This document shows, one piece after another, positions 45,431-57,531 of a DNA stretch of 64,000 bases. Numbering within the stretch: the first letter of the stretch is position 1; each line of letters starts with the position of its first letter. The position numbers were made by a program, and so were the translations under genes. The DNA is from Selaginella moellendorffii (lineage: Eukaryota; Plantae; Lycopodiophyta): NCBI RefSeq assembly GCF_000143415.4, contig NW_003314285.1, forward strand, positions 1,685,471 through 1,749,470, read 5' to 3'. Under the pieces are notes generated by a model. It had not been told where the DNA came from, made no database searches, and saw only the letters and a program-made list of their open reading frames with translations.

Positions 45431-45888
45431 TTGTCACACCCTTGTACCATTTAATCCTACAATAGTTTAAATAAAATTACCAAGAATTGATTCTAGGAAA
45501 TACAGCTATGCCCAGCTCAAATTAAAATATAAAAAATTAATATTTTGAAGCTTTATATATGCCCAGGCTCCTTCGCAGGGAGATCACACCACTAGCAAAG
45601 ATGCTCCAATTGGTGGGATTAGGGGGGTGCTGAGCATAATCTGGCCACGGGGTAGTGTCTTTGGGAATGGCCCACCCTGCCATGGAACAGCCCGAAAGAA
45701 GGTGCTTGAATTAGATTTATTATTGTATTTACCTTATAACTCTATTTTTTACTCTTACTTTAATTAAAGTAAGAATCATATATACATTCAAAGGTATCTA
45801 TATTATACTATATATAATTTTATTTTAAACTAAACTTTAATGAGCTTTAATAAAAAAAATTAATATCTTAAAATGTTTTGTAGTTACT

Positions 45889-46773
45889 ATGGGAGTAGTG
45901 ATTATTGCTTTAATTTCAATAATATTGTTTAGAATTTCTTTTGCACAATATGAAGTTGGAGATGTAGGTGTTATAAAGAAAGAAGCTGTACATATTATCA
46001 TACAAACTCTTCTAAATACAATTAGTGAGATACCAGATAGTAGCCTTCCAACTATGCAAAGTATTCATGGAAGTATAAATATTGAATTTGAAGATACAAC
46101 AAATATTGTTATTGGATATGGTATTTTTATTTTTCGAACAATTGGGGAAATTTGTAATATAGAATTTGGAGAAGATGAAGTATCAGGAAGTGTTATACGA
46201 AATTTATTAAATAAACGTTTACAAGATTCTACTTTAAAGATGTTAAATTTTGCTGCTTCCTTTATTATTTTAAAACATAAGTATTTTAATATTTATTATT
46301 ATGTTAGAGATTATAATCATCAACAAAATAGAAGACAACAAATGTTTGTAGAACATCCAAAATGCAGCATATTTTCAAGTATTTTAATTAGTGGATATAC
46401 TAATATGCCTCATCAATATTTATTATCAACACAATTTCTAATTTCTTCAAATAGAGAGGCTTATTTATATTTAAGTATTGATTGTAAATTACATATATAT
46501 AAAGGAAATAATAATTTATGGTCTTCAAAAAACTTAATTGAAGGAATTAATTGCATTTTAAGAGTACAAGAAGATGGAAATTTAGTTTTATACTCTGATA
46601 ATAATAGAGTTGTTTGGGCTTCAAATACATACTGCACTTATCAAAATTGTTTTAAAGATACATATTTATTTATGCAAAATAATTGTAATTTAGTTTTATA
46701 TACTACGCATCAGAAAACTTTTACCACTAATCCTAAAGTAGAACTTGTATGGGATTCCAAAACATTTTGCTAA
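45889..46773 (+). CDS. Secreted protein: unknown N-terminal domain plus C-terminal bulb-type (GNA) mannose-binding lectin domain
   Basis: 294-aa intronless AT-rich ORF. Signal peptide MGVVIIALISIILFRISFA, lectin motifs QEDGNLVLY, VVWASNT and QNNCNLVLY. Shares FLIS-N--AYLYL and HQKTF---PK with 17662-18564. Confidence 0.87.
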   Translation: MGVVIIALISIILFRISFAQYEVGDVGVIKKEAVHIIIQTLLNTISEIPDSSLPTMQSIHGSINIEFEDTTNIVIGYGIFIFRTIGEICNIEFGEDEVSGSVIRNLLNKRLQDSTLKMLNFAASFIILKHKYFNIYYYVRDYNHQQNRRQQMFVEHPKCSIFSSILISGYTNMPHQYLLSTQFLISSNREAYLYLSIDCKLHIYKGNNNLWSSKNLIEGINCILRVQEDGNLVLYSDNNRVVWASNTYCTYQNCFKDTYLFMQNNCNLVLYTTHQKTFTTNPKVELVWDSKTFC

Positions 46774-47429
46774 TTTTATATTTTATTTATTTCAAATTAA
46801 TTCTTAATAATTTTAATTTTAAGATCATAATTATAATCACTGTGAGATTAATAATTACTTACTTATATTTAAGCACAATTAGTTTCAAAAATACTAATAA
46901 TTATCACCAAAGATAAGCTTGAGTATGCTTATAGTAGAGGATTATAATTGGTGGACAATAATAAGAGTTATAGCATTGTTGTGGTCACACTTCTATGCAA
47001 GTGGGGGTTTGGGAAGATATATGGAGATAAAATTGAGGCATTTTTGTGTCAGTGGGAATTTTAGAACTCCGTAGTTTAGCTCTAGCTGAAATGACACTCA
47101 AAATGGGGGGATCTAGTTCCAAAGAACTCAAATCAAACAATACGAACCACTAGCATCATTGGTCTTGTGAGTGTTTTCATTTGTTCTTCAATGAATTTGG
47201 ATCTAACTGAAGAGTATCAGGTGCAAATTTAAGTTACTTTTATAAAGGCATGCATCATCTTGTTAGAGGTAGGATGGGTTGTAAGTAGACCTTGATGATG
47301 GAGAAATGACCAAAAGAACGAAAATAATTTATAAGTGTGTTGTGGTAAAGCCAATGCCTCTTGTGCTTTAATAGCTTTTTATTGGCATTATACACTACTT
47401 TATCACTTCTTAGCACTATCTTCCTTTTT

Positions 47430-47720
47430 GTCTCCCAACGAGACAACACTGCGTTCCTCCATTTCCTCAAATATTTTCTCTGCCTGGTTTAGGTTTCCAG
47501 CTCGAACATAAGCGACCAGCATCGCTGTCTACAAGACGTTAACAGAGCATCTCTCTTGCACACCGCAAATGCCCTATATGCCAGGATCAAACGAGAGATT
47601 CCTCCGGCGTCTTTGGCCATGGATAGTGTCGTGCCCAATCTGATAAGCTCCAGGCACACATTTCGATCGTGTTCCACGCATTTCTTGTGCTCTTGGCTTG
47701 TCATTGGAAAGGAATCCAGT
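47430..47720 (-). pseudogene. Deletion-compacted relic of the 37542-39314 PPR gene
   Basis: Blocks match 38450-38535, 38801-38842 and 39153-39268 in order. Confidence 0.88.
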
Positions 47721-48040
47721 GTCAAGAAAACGAAGTGGCTTTCCTTCACTTAAGTATAGTATATCTTCCCTGGAATCGAACCTTTTGACGCAAGTACTCT
47801 TATCTTTCAAAGGATGAGTTTGATTGAAAATTCTCAACACCTATAGAGAGCTAACGATGTGTTCGAAGAAAAGTTTGATTTGAAAAATCCTGAAAGAGAC
47901 GACAATGTATGTACACCTTCACAAGCTGCCAAAACATCTTGTAGCAATCTGAAAAGGAGAGACAGAAAAGTTCCACCATCAGTGCTGAAAGCTACTAGCA
48001 ACGAGAAAGTGAAAGAAACATGGAGCTTACTGACCAGTTA

Positions 48041-49852
48041 TTACCAGCGAACAGTGGCCAGGACCCGCGGGGTTGAAACGGCGTCGAGAGCTCTCGTTCG
48101 ACGATCAGGTGGAATGACGGAGAGGCTTGTGATCCGTGCTCCACCCTCGGAGCACCAGCCATTTCGCTTGATCTCGAGCATTGGAGGGCGATGCTTCATG
48201 TGCTTGTGCAGATCTCCATTTCCATTACACTCGTTGCCGTTGACGTCTACATGAGTGAGGGAAGGGGTCTCCTCCGGCTTTGATGCTTCCTGGCTCAATG
48301 CCTCCACAAAAGTCGTTGCGAGGCTCGCTGCTTCATCGCTCACGGAATCCTTGTTGGCCTTGAGGAACTTCTTCTTTGACTTTTGCTTGTGAGATTTCAT
48401 CTCGCGGGAAGAGTACTCCACCTATTTAAAACAATTTGGACGACAGTGATGAACGTTGAGCACTGCGAAGTAGACTTGTTACCTTCACTCTGGACATGTC
48501 CACGCCTTTATCCTTGAGAGTGTTGAGGAAGTATCTGAAATCCTCCTCGGTCGGCCGGTAGTGGCCGCTGTGAGCTTCAAGCAACTGTTGTTGACAAACA
48601 CATCATACATGAGCTTCCGAGCTATGGAACTTAACTATTTGGTACCTCCAAAATGCCGTTCATTAGAACCAGTCGGCCAGCCGCTGTGGCAGCTCCTCCT
48701 GCTAGAAAGCTCGAGTGCTGAAATTTCCCCTTCTTTTTCTGCGCATATGAAAGCATGTCAACTCCCTGGCGCAAAGGCGCTCCATAAACTAAGTACCTGG
48801 CCTACGTATATCCTTCCAGTCGTGCTCATCACAAATATCCACTTGTCGTCATCGTCCACCACGCCGGTGTCAATGATCTTCCCGTCTAAGTATCTCCACA
48901 CCCCGTTTTGTATCGACACTTCATACTCTTTCCTTTGCCGCTGTCAAAGACACGACTTTTAGTCAGAAATAGAGCGACCACGCGTTCGCAAGCACTTACA
49001 GGGCCAAGATAATCTATCTGGTCCTTGAAAAGCTTCGCTCGAGAACAATCTTCGTGCTCGACTTGCCTGCCCTCTCCCACATCCAGCCTGTTTCACAAGC
49101 TCAATAAGATTTCGCTGCAGGGAGAAGCAGCAAACATACCAGTAAAAGAAAGGCTCGGTTGTCCCACTCGAGAACCAGATCTTATAAAACTTATGCAAGT
49201 TGTGTCCATAGCGATGTCTGGCATCAATCTGCAATGAATGCGGGTCATAAAATAGAACAAACAAAATAAACGACAAGCGTACAGCTTCCAGCCAGTGTTC
49301 GAATGCAAGTTTTCTTGCGTTTTCGTCCTTGGACAGGCCCTTTCCGAGCTGGATGAAAGAAAGCAACTCACAGCTCAAGATAAGTCTGAGAAATGACTAC
49401 TCCACTCACCTTGGCCGCTAGTTTCTTAGCACGAATCCATTTGTGGGACACATTTTCTTCGCGCTCCTGGTCGAACTCGATGTTCTGTCTCAGGATAACT
49501 CCTTCTAGGACGTTCCACCTAAACTTTTAAGTTAGAATTTATGGGCCATGGAAAGTGACTCGGTAGAAATTGGTTCTAGTGTTCTTGCTTACCATCCATA
49601 GTCTCTGGCAATCACTGCGCAATCCGCGAGCTGCCGCCTCCGCCGATAGCCGCGATACGTCTTCTGCATCGTGATCGCAGCATCGTCTTGAGGACTAAGC
49701 GCTGATCGATCTGGAGAGGAGCCAAGGAAACCTGAGAGAAAGAAAGAAAGAAGGCGACACCCACCATAGTTCCGGACGGAGTATGGCGATCCGCTCAAAT
49801 CCCAGAAGAAGCGCCTCGCGGTCTTGACATCGACGGACAGATTCTTCTCCAT
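48041..49852 (-). CDS. IQ-motif-containing calmodulin-binding protein (IQM family), multi-exon
   Basis: [85 protein letters not shown] and [10 protein letters not shown]. The 3' end is approximate. Confidence 0.9.
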
Positions 49853-51148
49853 GCCCGATATTTCGAGAAATCCCGCCCACAATCGCCAATGCCGCCACAC
49901 AAAAATCGCCAAGATCACGGCTCAGCGCCCAGATCCTCGTCGCCGCCGCGGTCGTCCAGTCCCTTCCTTCCACTGGGGAAATCCTTGACCTGGAAAGAGC
50001 TATCGCGAGGATTAAAATGGCGCTGGCGATCAAAGCCGGGCAGGCGAGTCAAGGCAGCACACGGATTCTTTTTCCAGCACGAGGGAAGAAAGGAAGCTCC
50101 CAGCTATGAAAAACAAAACCTGGTCGCCAATCACCATAGCTACATGCGTACATTGACCGTACCACGGACCAGCATGCCCTAAAACCTCAACGCTGGCGTA
50201 AGAGTGGCACCAATTCCGCGACAAACAAGGCAGGGTTGACGGCCGCCAAACAAGAAATCTTTATCGACACCGAGTTAAAAGAGAAAGAGAGACCGTTTAT
50301 TTTGACCGTTGACCGATAGCGTGTGCCCGGTCGCCGCGTTGACCCCGGGGAATGGCCTTGGTCTTTGTGGCGCCTTCCAGCAACATCCAAAGAGTAGAAG
50401 CTTTCAAACAGGTATGATGGATTCCAAGTCTATGTGTCATGATAAAACTTCCATTGTCCTTGATGCCAACCGGAATCATAGCTTTGATTCATCATATGTA
50501 TCCTCTGGCTAGCCACTAGAGCTGCAAGCATTTAGACAAAGATTGATCATATCAAAACTATATCATAGTAATAAAACTACTACTATTATCGGTGAGGATG
50601 ATGTATTTGATGCTATTATGCTATGACAGTGGCAGACCGGGACAGAAGCAAGGGAGAAGAAAAGTACGATTTGTGGGGCTTTTTCTTTTCTAATGATCGG
50701 GATCCATGCAACACACCCTCGAAGAGAACCCAAGTTTCTCGCCACTCGATCACAATCATGCTGGGTGAGATTCTCCTCGCATCTGAGTTTGAGAAGAATT
50801 CCCAAACCAACCAAGTATTATTATAGAATCCATAGATTATTATATAAGAAAGCTTAGATTGAAACAAAGAGAAGTTCGTCGAGCTTCACACCAAGCTCGT
50901 CGTGGAGTGCTTACTGCAAACACTAGGAGGAAGTTAATCGAAACGCACAAAAGGTTTCCTGGAAGAACTATAAGATAGAAGATCTCCACACCGCAGCTAG
51001 CACAGCTTTAAGACTTTAAGAAAACCATTCTTATCTCGATGGCGATGCTGACGGCGATGGAGTGGACGATGGTCGCTTTATCCATTTTTAAGTTTGAAGC
51101 ATTCAAAGTAGCGACGAGCAGCTGCTAGTCCCAGTGCTGCCTGGCTTT

Positions 51149-52697
51149 TCATCCCAATAAGAAAACGTTTGGAGGGGCCAAGCCTTGGAAGCCACACACC
51201 TGGGAAGTCTGAGGATCGCCCGGAGAGGAAGCTTGCGTCCATGGCATGGACAGAAAGCCCGGCTCTTGCTCCATCCTGCGCAACTCCTCGGGAGCCAGGC
51301 AGATACACACGTCGATGTCCCCAGAGCCCCTGGCACCTGTGAAGAAGGTGATGATCCCGGCCCATGCTAGCTTGCCAGGCCTCACTGCAACAGGATCACC
51401 CCAGCCGTAGTTTATGCCGTAAGCTGGAAACTTTGGCGAGCTTACCACCACAAAGTTGTTGTCGAGGGCGTAGTCGGCACCTCGAAAGTAAGCGTTGCCT
51501 TGCTTGTCACACCACTCGAGCAGCGACTTTATGTTCCCGTCTGTGGCACCTGCAATCGCTTGGCTTAGAATCCGGACTCCATGAGCGGTACCTTTCTCGG
51601 GACTCAGCAGCTCGCCGGCACGGGACTCGGCGTAGACAGCACACACCGCGTTGCCAAAGTATCCATCCGGGAGGCACGGCACCAGCCGCTTCCTCACGTC
51701 CACCCCGACGAAGAAGCGTGTCTCCTCCGACTCCTCGAGCCCCCGAGCTCGGACTAGACACCGCCATATGTGCGCACACAGGACGCGGAAGGACGACACC
51801 TGCTGGATGTCCCCGTTGCTGCCGGCCATGGCCTGGAGCTTGAGCCTCCGGATGAACTGAGCCGAGAAGCTGTACATTCTCTGCTGTATGTTGGAGAAGC
51901 CGATGGGTGCCTCCATGGAGGCCGTCGCGGGGATGGCGAAGTAGCGAGGCAGGGAGCTCATATAAGTGACTGGCGGCTGCGATATCAGAATTTCCCGGGA
52001 GTGAACCGGCGGCAGGGAGATGGACTGTCCGCAGGCGACTTCGGACCACGACTTCATAAAGTGCCAGAAGGAGTAACCATCTATGAGGAAATGGTTGTAG
52101 GAGACACCAACCGCTAGACCACCACTTTTGAATCGTGTCACCTGGGAAAACATTCGTCGTCGTGGTCGTCGTCGTCGAAAAGAAAAAAATAAAATGGAAA
52201 ACAAAGAGCAAGTGAGTACCGACAGACAGGAGATCACAAAAAACTTAAATGCGTACCTGAACCGATACCGGAGCTATGTGTGGAGCATCTGCAAGCTCCG
52301 AGCTCTCCACATGAGCCAGCTCCGAGCAGAGATCCATGCAGTGAGGCGAGGCGAGGAAGTCGCCTAGAGACTTTCGGAGCATCGCTGCCTCAATGAAAGG
52401 GACACCGGCGTCGTTGCAATTGATCCTCGGCTTCTCGGACTCTCCATCGGTGAAGCGGCCGGCGAGGGGATAGAACCGGACCAGCGTCTCTGCCAGGCTG
52501 CCCTTGAGCTTGTCGACGAAGGAGTCGTAGTTGTCGAGCGAATCCAAGTCGAGCGAATAGAACAGTATCCTTTGCATGCAAGCCACATTCCTGTTGAGAA
52601 AATCCAAGCTGGTGAGCGGTAGGATGCATCTGCGCGTGAGGGAAGCCGGCACCACAGTGGATATCGAGTGGATATGAATGCTGAAGTCGCTATCCAT
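51149..52697 (-). CDS. BAHD acyl-CoA-dependent acyltransferase, two exons
   Basis: LAETLVRFYPLAGR, INCNDAGVPF, intron at QVT (52144-52256), catalytic HFLID (HxxxD) and a DFGWG-like NYGWG. Confidence 0.93.
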
Positions 52698-54312
52698 GGT
52701 TTCCGCGGAAGCAGCAGCAGCACGCACTAGAGCAAAGGCGAGGCGAGCCAGTGACACGAGCCCAAGGTCGCTTTAAGTTCAATGAATTCGCCTCTGCTGT
52801 GATCTAGTGTCCATGTCACAGTAAATCTCCCTGCTCTCGAGCGGTCGATATATGGTTTCACTTTTGCTGCCTGCTGCTGCCTCGTCTGCTGGTTTGTACC
52901 AGTGCTGCCGGCTGGTGTTTGGGAGTCAGAAAACCAGCGAGAAGAAACTGTCCGATTCGGCTGGAGCTGCTCCTGCACACACACAAGCGTCGACATAACC
53001 GATTTGACAATGCAAACTGATGCGAAAAGAAAAAGCCAGTGCAGTGCCAGTATTACTTACTTGGCGGAGGGAGAGAGAAAAGGAGCAGCACACAGTTCCA
53101 AGGAAGAGAGAGGCTCTTCGATATGTTGCTGCCCGCTGCTCGCTCGCTGGAGAAGCCAATAAGGCATGTGATGTCCTGTTCGGTCCTGTCCCACCTTCAA
53201 CTGGCGTTGCCATGAAAAGCAGTGAGGAACAGTCTCAAGTACATATTCCTTCCTGCTTGAATACTCAAATATATATATATCGCTCTCTCTCGCTCGCTTA
53301 CCAGCCTCGGAAAAGCAAGCCAAACAAACAGGTCCTGTTCTTTCTTCGTCTCCTCCCCTGTGTCAAATCATATCTCCTGTCATTCATACCAAAGCTTGTC
53401 ATGTCTACATCCTGCATACAATGGATACATACATATGCGTGACATCCCAGGTAGCTCCTCTCGCAGATTCACAATCCTGAAACCCCCGCAACGCAACTTT
53501 CAGTAGAGAAATTACTTCTAATTATAACCCACAAAGCTCTAGGAGAATTGCAATCCGGGAGCTACATTTGGCATGTGGAGGAGAGATTTCTAATTCCGGG
53601 ATGCTGGTGGTGGTGGTGAAAAGGAAAAGTTTATGTAGCTATTCGAGGAAAACGGGGGAATAATAACGAAACTACTATGCCTCAACACTGCCGTAACCAA
53701 TGCAAAAACAAATGACCTCCAAGACACAAACAAAAGAATGCAGCTTTCCCAATCCTACGTTTAATAATTGAAATGCATCAATCAAGTCGGGAGAATGACT
53801 ACTGAAGTTTAAAAGTCAGTACCCCCTAGAAGAGACGCAATGCAAGGAAAATAGAGGAGCTGAAAGAACTAGCAGAAGAGCAAGTACCAGTTTTTGAAAG
53901 AAGCAAAGCTCCTCGAGCTCAAGACTTTCACGTCCGTTTCGTTGCTTTTCTCCTGGCCAAAGTACTCTGCAACAGTCCAAGTCCGAAAGATTATGAACAC
54001 ACTTCAGCAACCAGACACGGATCTTAGAAAAATAATATGTATCTAGCTAGGAAGAACGTACCATTAGAAGAAGTACACCGATTGGATCACTTTTTATTTG
54101 CATTGGAATAGAGCGAAACAGTACAGCACTGACACGAGTTGCAAAGCCCGATTAGGAATCATAGCGAATAAGTAAGATCGAGTTAGGCCTATAGATAAAT
54201 TGACCTGGAAAATTCTACACCTCATGAGCATGATTATAACTCGCTCTGTAAACGCACCTGATTTCTCAGGTTTTGGGAGTCTCGCTACCTGTCGCGCGAG
54301 GTTTCTTGCTAA

Positions 54313-55811
54313 TCAATCTGCAGGCTGCAGCCAGCGAGAAGAAAAAGATCAAACATGACTTGAAAAAAACATGGACTTGAGGAAACTTACGCTCCATAAA
54401 TGTTCAGTCAACGATGAACCCATGGCCATTCGTCGTTGCTCCTCCCGTCCCCATAGCACAGAACAAGTGCCAAAAATCACTAGGACTGTACCAATTAAAC
54501 TGAAAAAAAAAAAACGATCATTGATACGGGCACGTCTTTTTTGCAAGTGATACGTACCTGCCGAAATGAAATGGCTGATGTAAAAGAACTGCAGCAAGAG
54601 TACATGTAAAAACCATTCTCAGGGGCTGATAAACAGCAACTATGACCGGGCCACCCCGAAAAACACCCCAGGAATAAGTTCCAAACGCCAAAGCTGTTCC
54701 AATAAAACCCTGAGCGAGCAGCGAGGAAAAGTGAGAACTGTTCCATCTCCAAATGCAAACAAACTTACAGCGTAAATCACACAATAAATTTGCGAGCCAG
54801 GCTCCAGAATCCACTTGGAGGTATCTCGTTCAAAAATGGCTGACAAAATACCAAGCTCTAAGACTCCAAATAAACAAGAAAAAGCTGCAACCGAAAGCGG
54901 AGCAGGATAGCGTGTCAAAATTGGAACCTGGAATGTCAAGTTTAAGGACCGATGCAAATGCAGGAGTCAGTACAAAACTAAACCTGTAAGATGAGGTAGA
55001 TTCCCAAACATATGCTGCCAATTAAAGCAATCGAGCTAAGCTGCCAAGACTCGCTTGACACTTGCACCTGTAGGAGATTGTTTGTCGGGACAGCCAAGGA
55101 TCTCAGAAGCACAGGTCCTTTACCAAGAGCGATGACTACTGCACCCAGACAACTGAGAAGAATACCGAGAACTTTTGCTTTTCCATCTCGTCTTCGCAGG
55201 TGAATTTCTTCGAGCCTGATTAAAGAGGTATTAGAAATAGAAAGAAAATTATCTCAAACTACTGACCAGCATGCCCCGGCTAGAATTAAGGTAAAAAGTG
55301 GTGTGATACTCTCAATTGCTGCTGGAATTGATGGTGAAACCAAGCTGGAAACTGAGCTAGAGCTCGTCACATACGTCACTTGATTGATCACGACCCTGGA
55401 GAAAGGAAAGACGTAATTCATGCATGCTAAAAAAAATTCTGGACATACCCGATAGAGCCGAGAATAAACAACCGGCAAGCAGTCGAGAAGCGTAGTTCCG
55501 GACGTTGATCTCTGCCAAGAATCAGTCCAAGAAGGAAAACCAAAACAAACAACATGTTTAGAGCTTTAGAAAAGGAGGAGGAGAAAAAAAAGAGCTGCTA
55601 GGTACCTCTCATAGAAGAAAGCCAATGGCGCGAGGATTAAGAATCCGATGCAGTTCTGATAGAGCGGAAAAACAAAACGACCGAGAGATCCAACGCGTGA
55701 AGTTTTCAGAAGAATCGTGAATCCGGCGCTTCCCAACTGCACTATCGCGAGCGCCGCGTTGAGATAGCTCTTGTCTGGCGCATTTTGGTAATACGAGGGC
55801 AACTCCGCCAT
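54313..55811 (-). CDS. WAT1-related / UMAMIT (nodulin MtN21, EamA) transporter, multi-exon
   Basis: LILAPLAFFYE, AIESITPLFTLILA, DGKAKVLGILLSCLGAVVIAL, RYPAPLSV, GGPVIVAVYQPL and VLWG. The last exon is tentative. Confidence 0.85.
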
Positions 55812-56020
55812 TTGATCGCTATCGGCAGGAGCCGCAATCGAAGATCCTGAGCAGTCCCACGGGAGCACTCGATTTTTATTCCTGAGCAACGAGTGGAGAG
55901 ATTCACTGCGAGATCTTGGATGAGAGAATGCGTACCAGGTCGATAGAAAGCCCCATCGCTTAAAAGCCCTAGTCTCGCGGATTTTGCCATGAGAATATAC
56001 TTCTAGGCGTTAGAGCATCT

Positions 56021-56056
56021 GACACGTGGCCGCATTTGAGCCAGGGTTTTAGGGTT
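56021..56056. promoter_or_regulatory. G-box and telo-like element in the divergent UMAMIT/MPH1 spacer
   Basis: gacacgtggc at 56021-56030; ttagggtt at about 56049-56056. Confidence 0.55.
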
Positions 56057-56076
56057 CCAGCTCTGTGGTGGAATCC

Positions 56077-56808
56077 ATGGCTGCCTCTCTCGTTGGCTCT
56101 TCGTCTACCTCCACTACTCGATCATTCCTAGGGTTTACGCCTAGGAAGCAACAACAACGGAGATTTTCGCTCCAGATCGTCCGGGCCATCAAGGCGCCAG
56201 AAGAATGCAACGAGGAAGAATGCGCTCCCACCAAGGAGGTAAATATCTCGTGAAACAATTCGTGAGCCTAGAACATTTGATCCAGGACCGAAATTTTCAC
56301 TCGATTGATCTCTAGGTTGGGAGCTTGAGCATGGACTGGAAAGCCGAAGAGAACACCAAAGTGGTAGGAACTTTCCCCCCAATCGGGAAGCAAAACAGGG
56401 TCACAGGCTATGTCGAGAAGGATTCTGCCGGTCAGACCAACGTCTACGCAGTCGAGGTACGTAGAATCGATCAAAATTCTTTCCAGCCGCTGAGATTTCC
56501 TCCCAAAATTCCTGCTCCAGCCCCCGGTTTATGTCGCGGAATCGGCCATTAGCACTGGATCGGCTGGAGCATCGTCTCAAGGCAGCGAGAACACAGTCGC
56601 GATCATCGCAGGGCTGGGAATCGTCACAGTGGCCGCCACTGCTGTGATTCTATCCCAAGAATCGGCTCCACCGCAAGCAGGGTACTCGGGGCCTCCTCTC
56701 AGCTATTACATCCAGAAATTCCAACCATCGCCCGCTCTCACCCCAGTCCAGATCGAGGAACCACCATTGATTAGCGGAGAAGAAGAAGCTCCTCCTCTTT
56801 CTCAGTAG
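56077..56808 (+). CDS. MPH1: Maintenance of PSII under high light 1 (thylakoid protein), three exons
   Basis: Transit peptide, then ECNEEECAP-KEVG-LSM-W-AEE-TKVVGTFPP, GYVEKDSAGQTNVYAVEP-VYVAESAIS, one TM helix and YSGPPLSYYI. Confidence 0.88.
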
Positions 56809-56860
56809 TAAAGCCCTACATTTCCCTCTAAAAACGAAAGATTTTTTTTAAAATCACGCT

Positions 56861-56920
56861 TGACGTGTCACGTAACGCCACGTGTCACACGCAGGACCAA
56901 TGGCGGCGGATAAGCTTATC
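56861..56920 (+). promoter_or_regulatory. Light-responsive promoter module (ACGT/G-boxes, CCAAT, I-box) of PsbW
   Basis: tgacgtgtcacgt, gccacgtgtc, ccaat and ggataagcttatc lie 80-140 bp upstream of the ATG. Confidence 0.65.
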
Positions 56921-57001
56921 GTCAGACCTAGACCGAAGCTAGTAACGAGATCCAAGCCTATTAACCGAGCTCACATTTGTGGTAGAGAGAGCGTCTGAGC
57001 T

Positions 57002-57453
57002 ATGGCCGCCTCTACTCTCGCCGTGAGCACTGTGAGCGCTGGGGCATTCCTTGGCCAATCCGTTTCTGTGAATCGCGCCTCAGTGAAGCCAATCGTGGGT
57101 AAGTCGTTCGATGCTTAATTCGAGACTCCAATCCAATTCTATGGGAATTTTGCCCAGGATTGCCGGCATTGCGAGGCGGGAGGATCCTTTGCTCGGCCGA
57201 GAAGAAGGAATCCGCAGCATCTGGCATCGCTGCATCGTTTGCTACAGCGGCAGCTACCTTCGCCGCAGCTCATCCTGCTCTAGCTCTTGTGGATGAGAGA
57301 TTATCGACAGAGGGCACTGGGCTTGGATTGGGAGTGAGCGATGGATCGCTAGCTTGGATTCTCGTCATCGTTCCTTTCGCGCTGTGGGGCTTCTTCTACA
57401 GTTTCTCTCAGACGCTCCCCAGTGGAGAGGACGATGGAGGATTGTCGCTGTAA
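57002..57453 (+). CDS. PsbW: Photosystem II reaction centre W protein, two exons
   Basis: Bipartite transit peptide ending HPALA, mature LVDERLSTEGTGLGLGVS, a TM helix and EDDGGLSL. Confidence 0.95.
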
Positions 57454-57531
57454 AATCACTTGAATATCTTAAATGTAAAATCTAGCCCGCCATAATTTCA
57501 AGGTTTCTAGGGTTCTTCATTCTTTAGTGGA

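Noticed and set aside
45199-45465. IY-repeat ORFs
   Set aside because: Translation of the (TA)n microsatellite.
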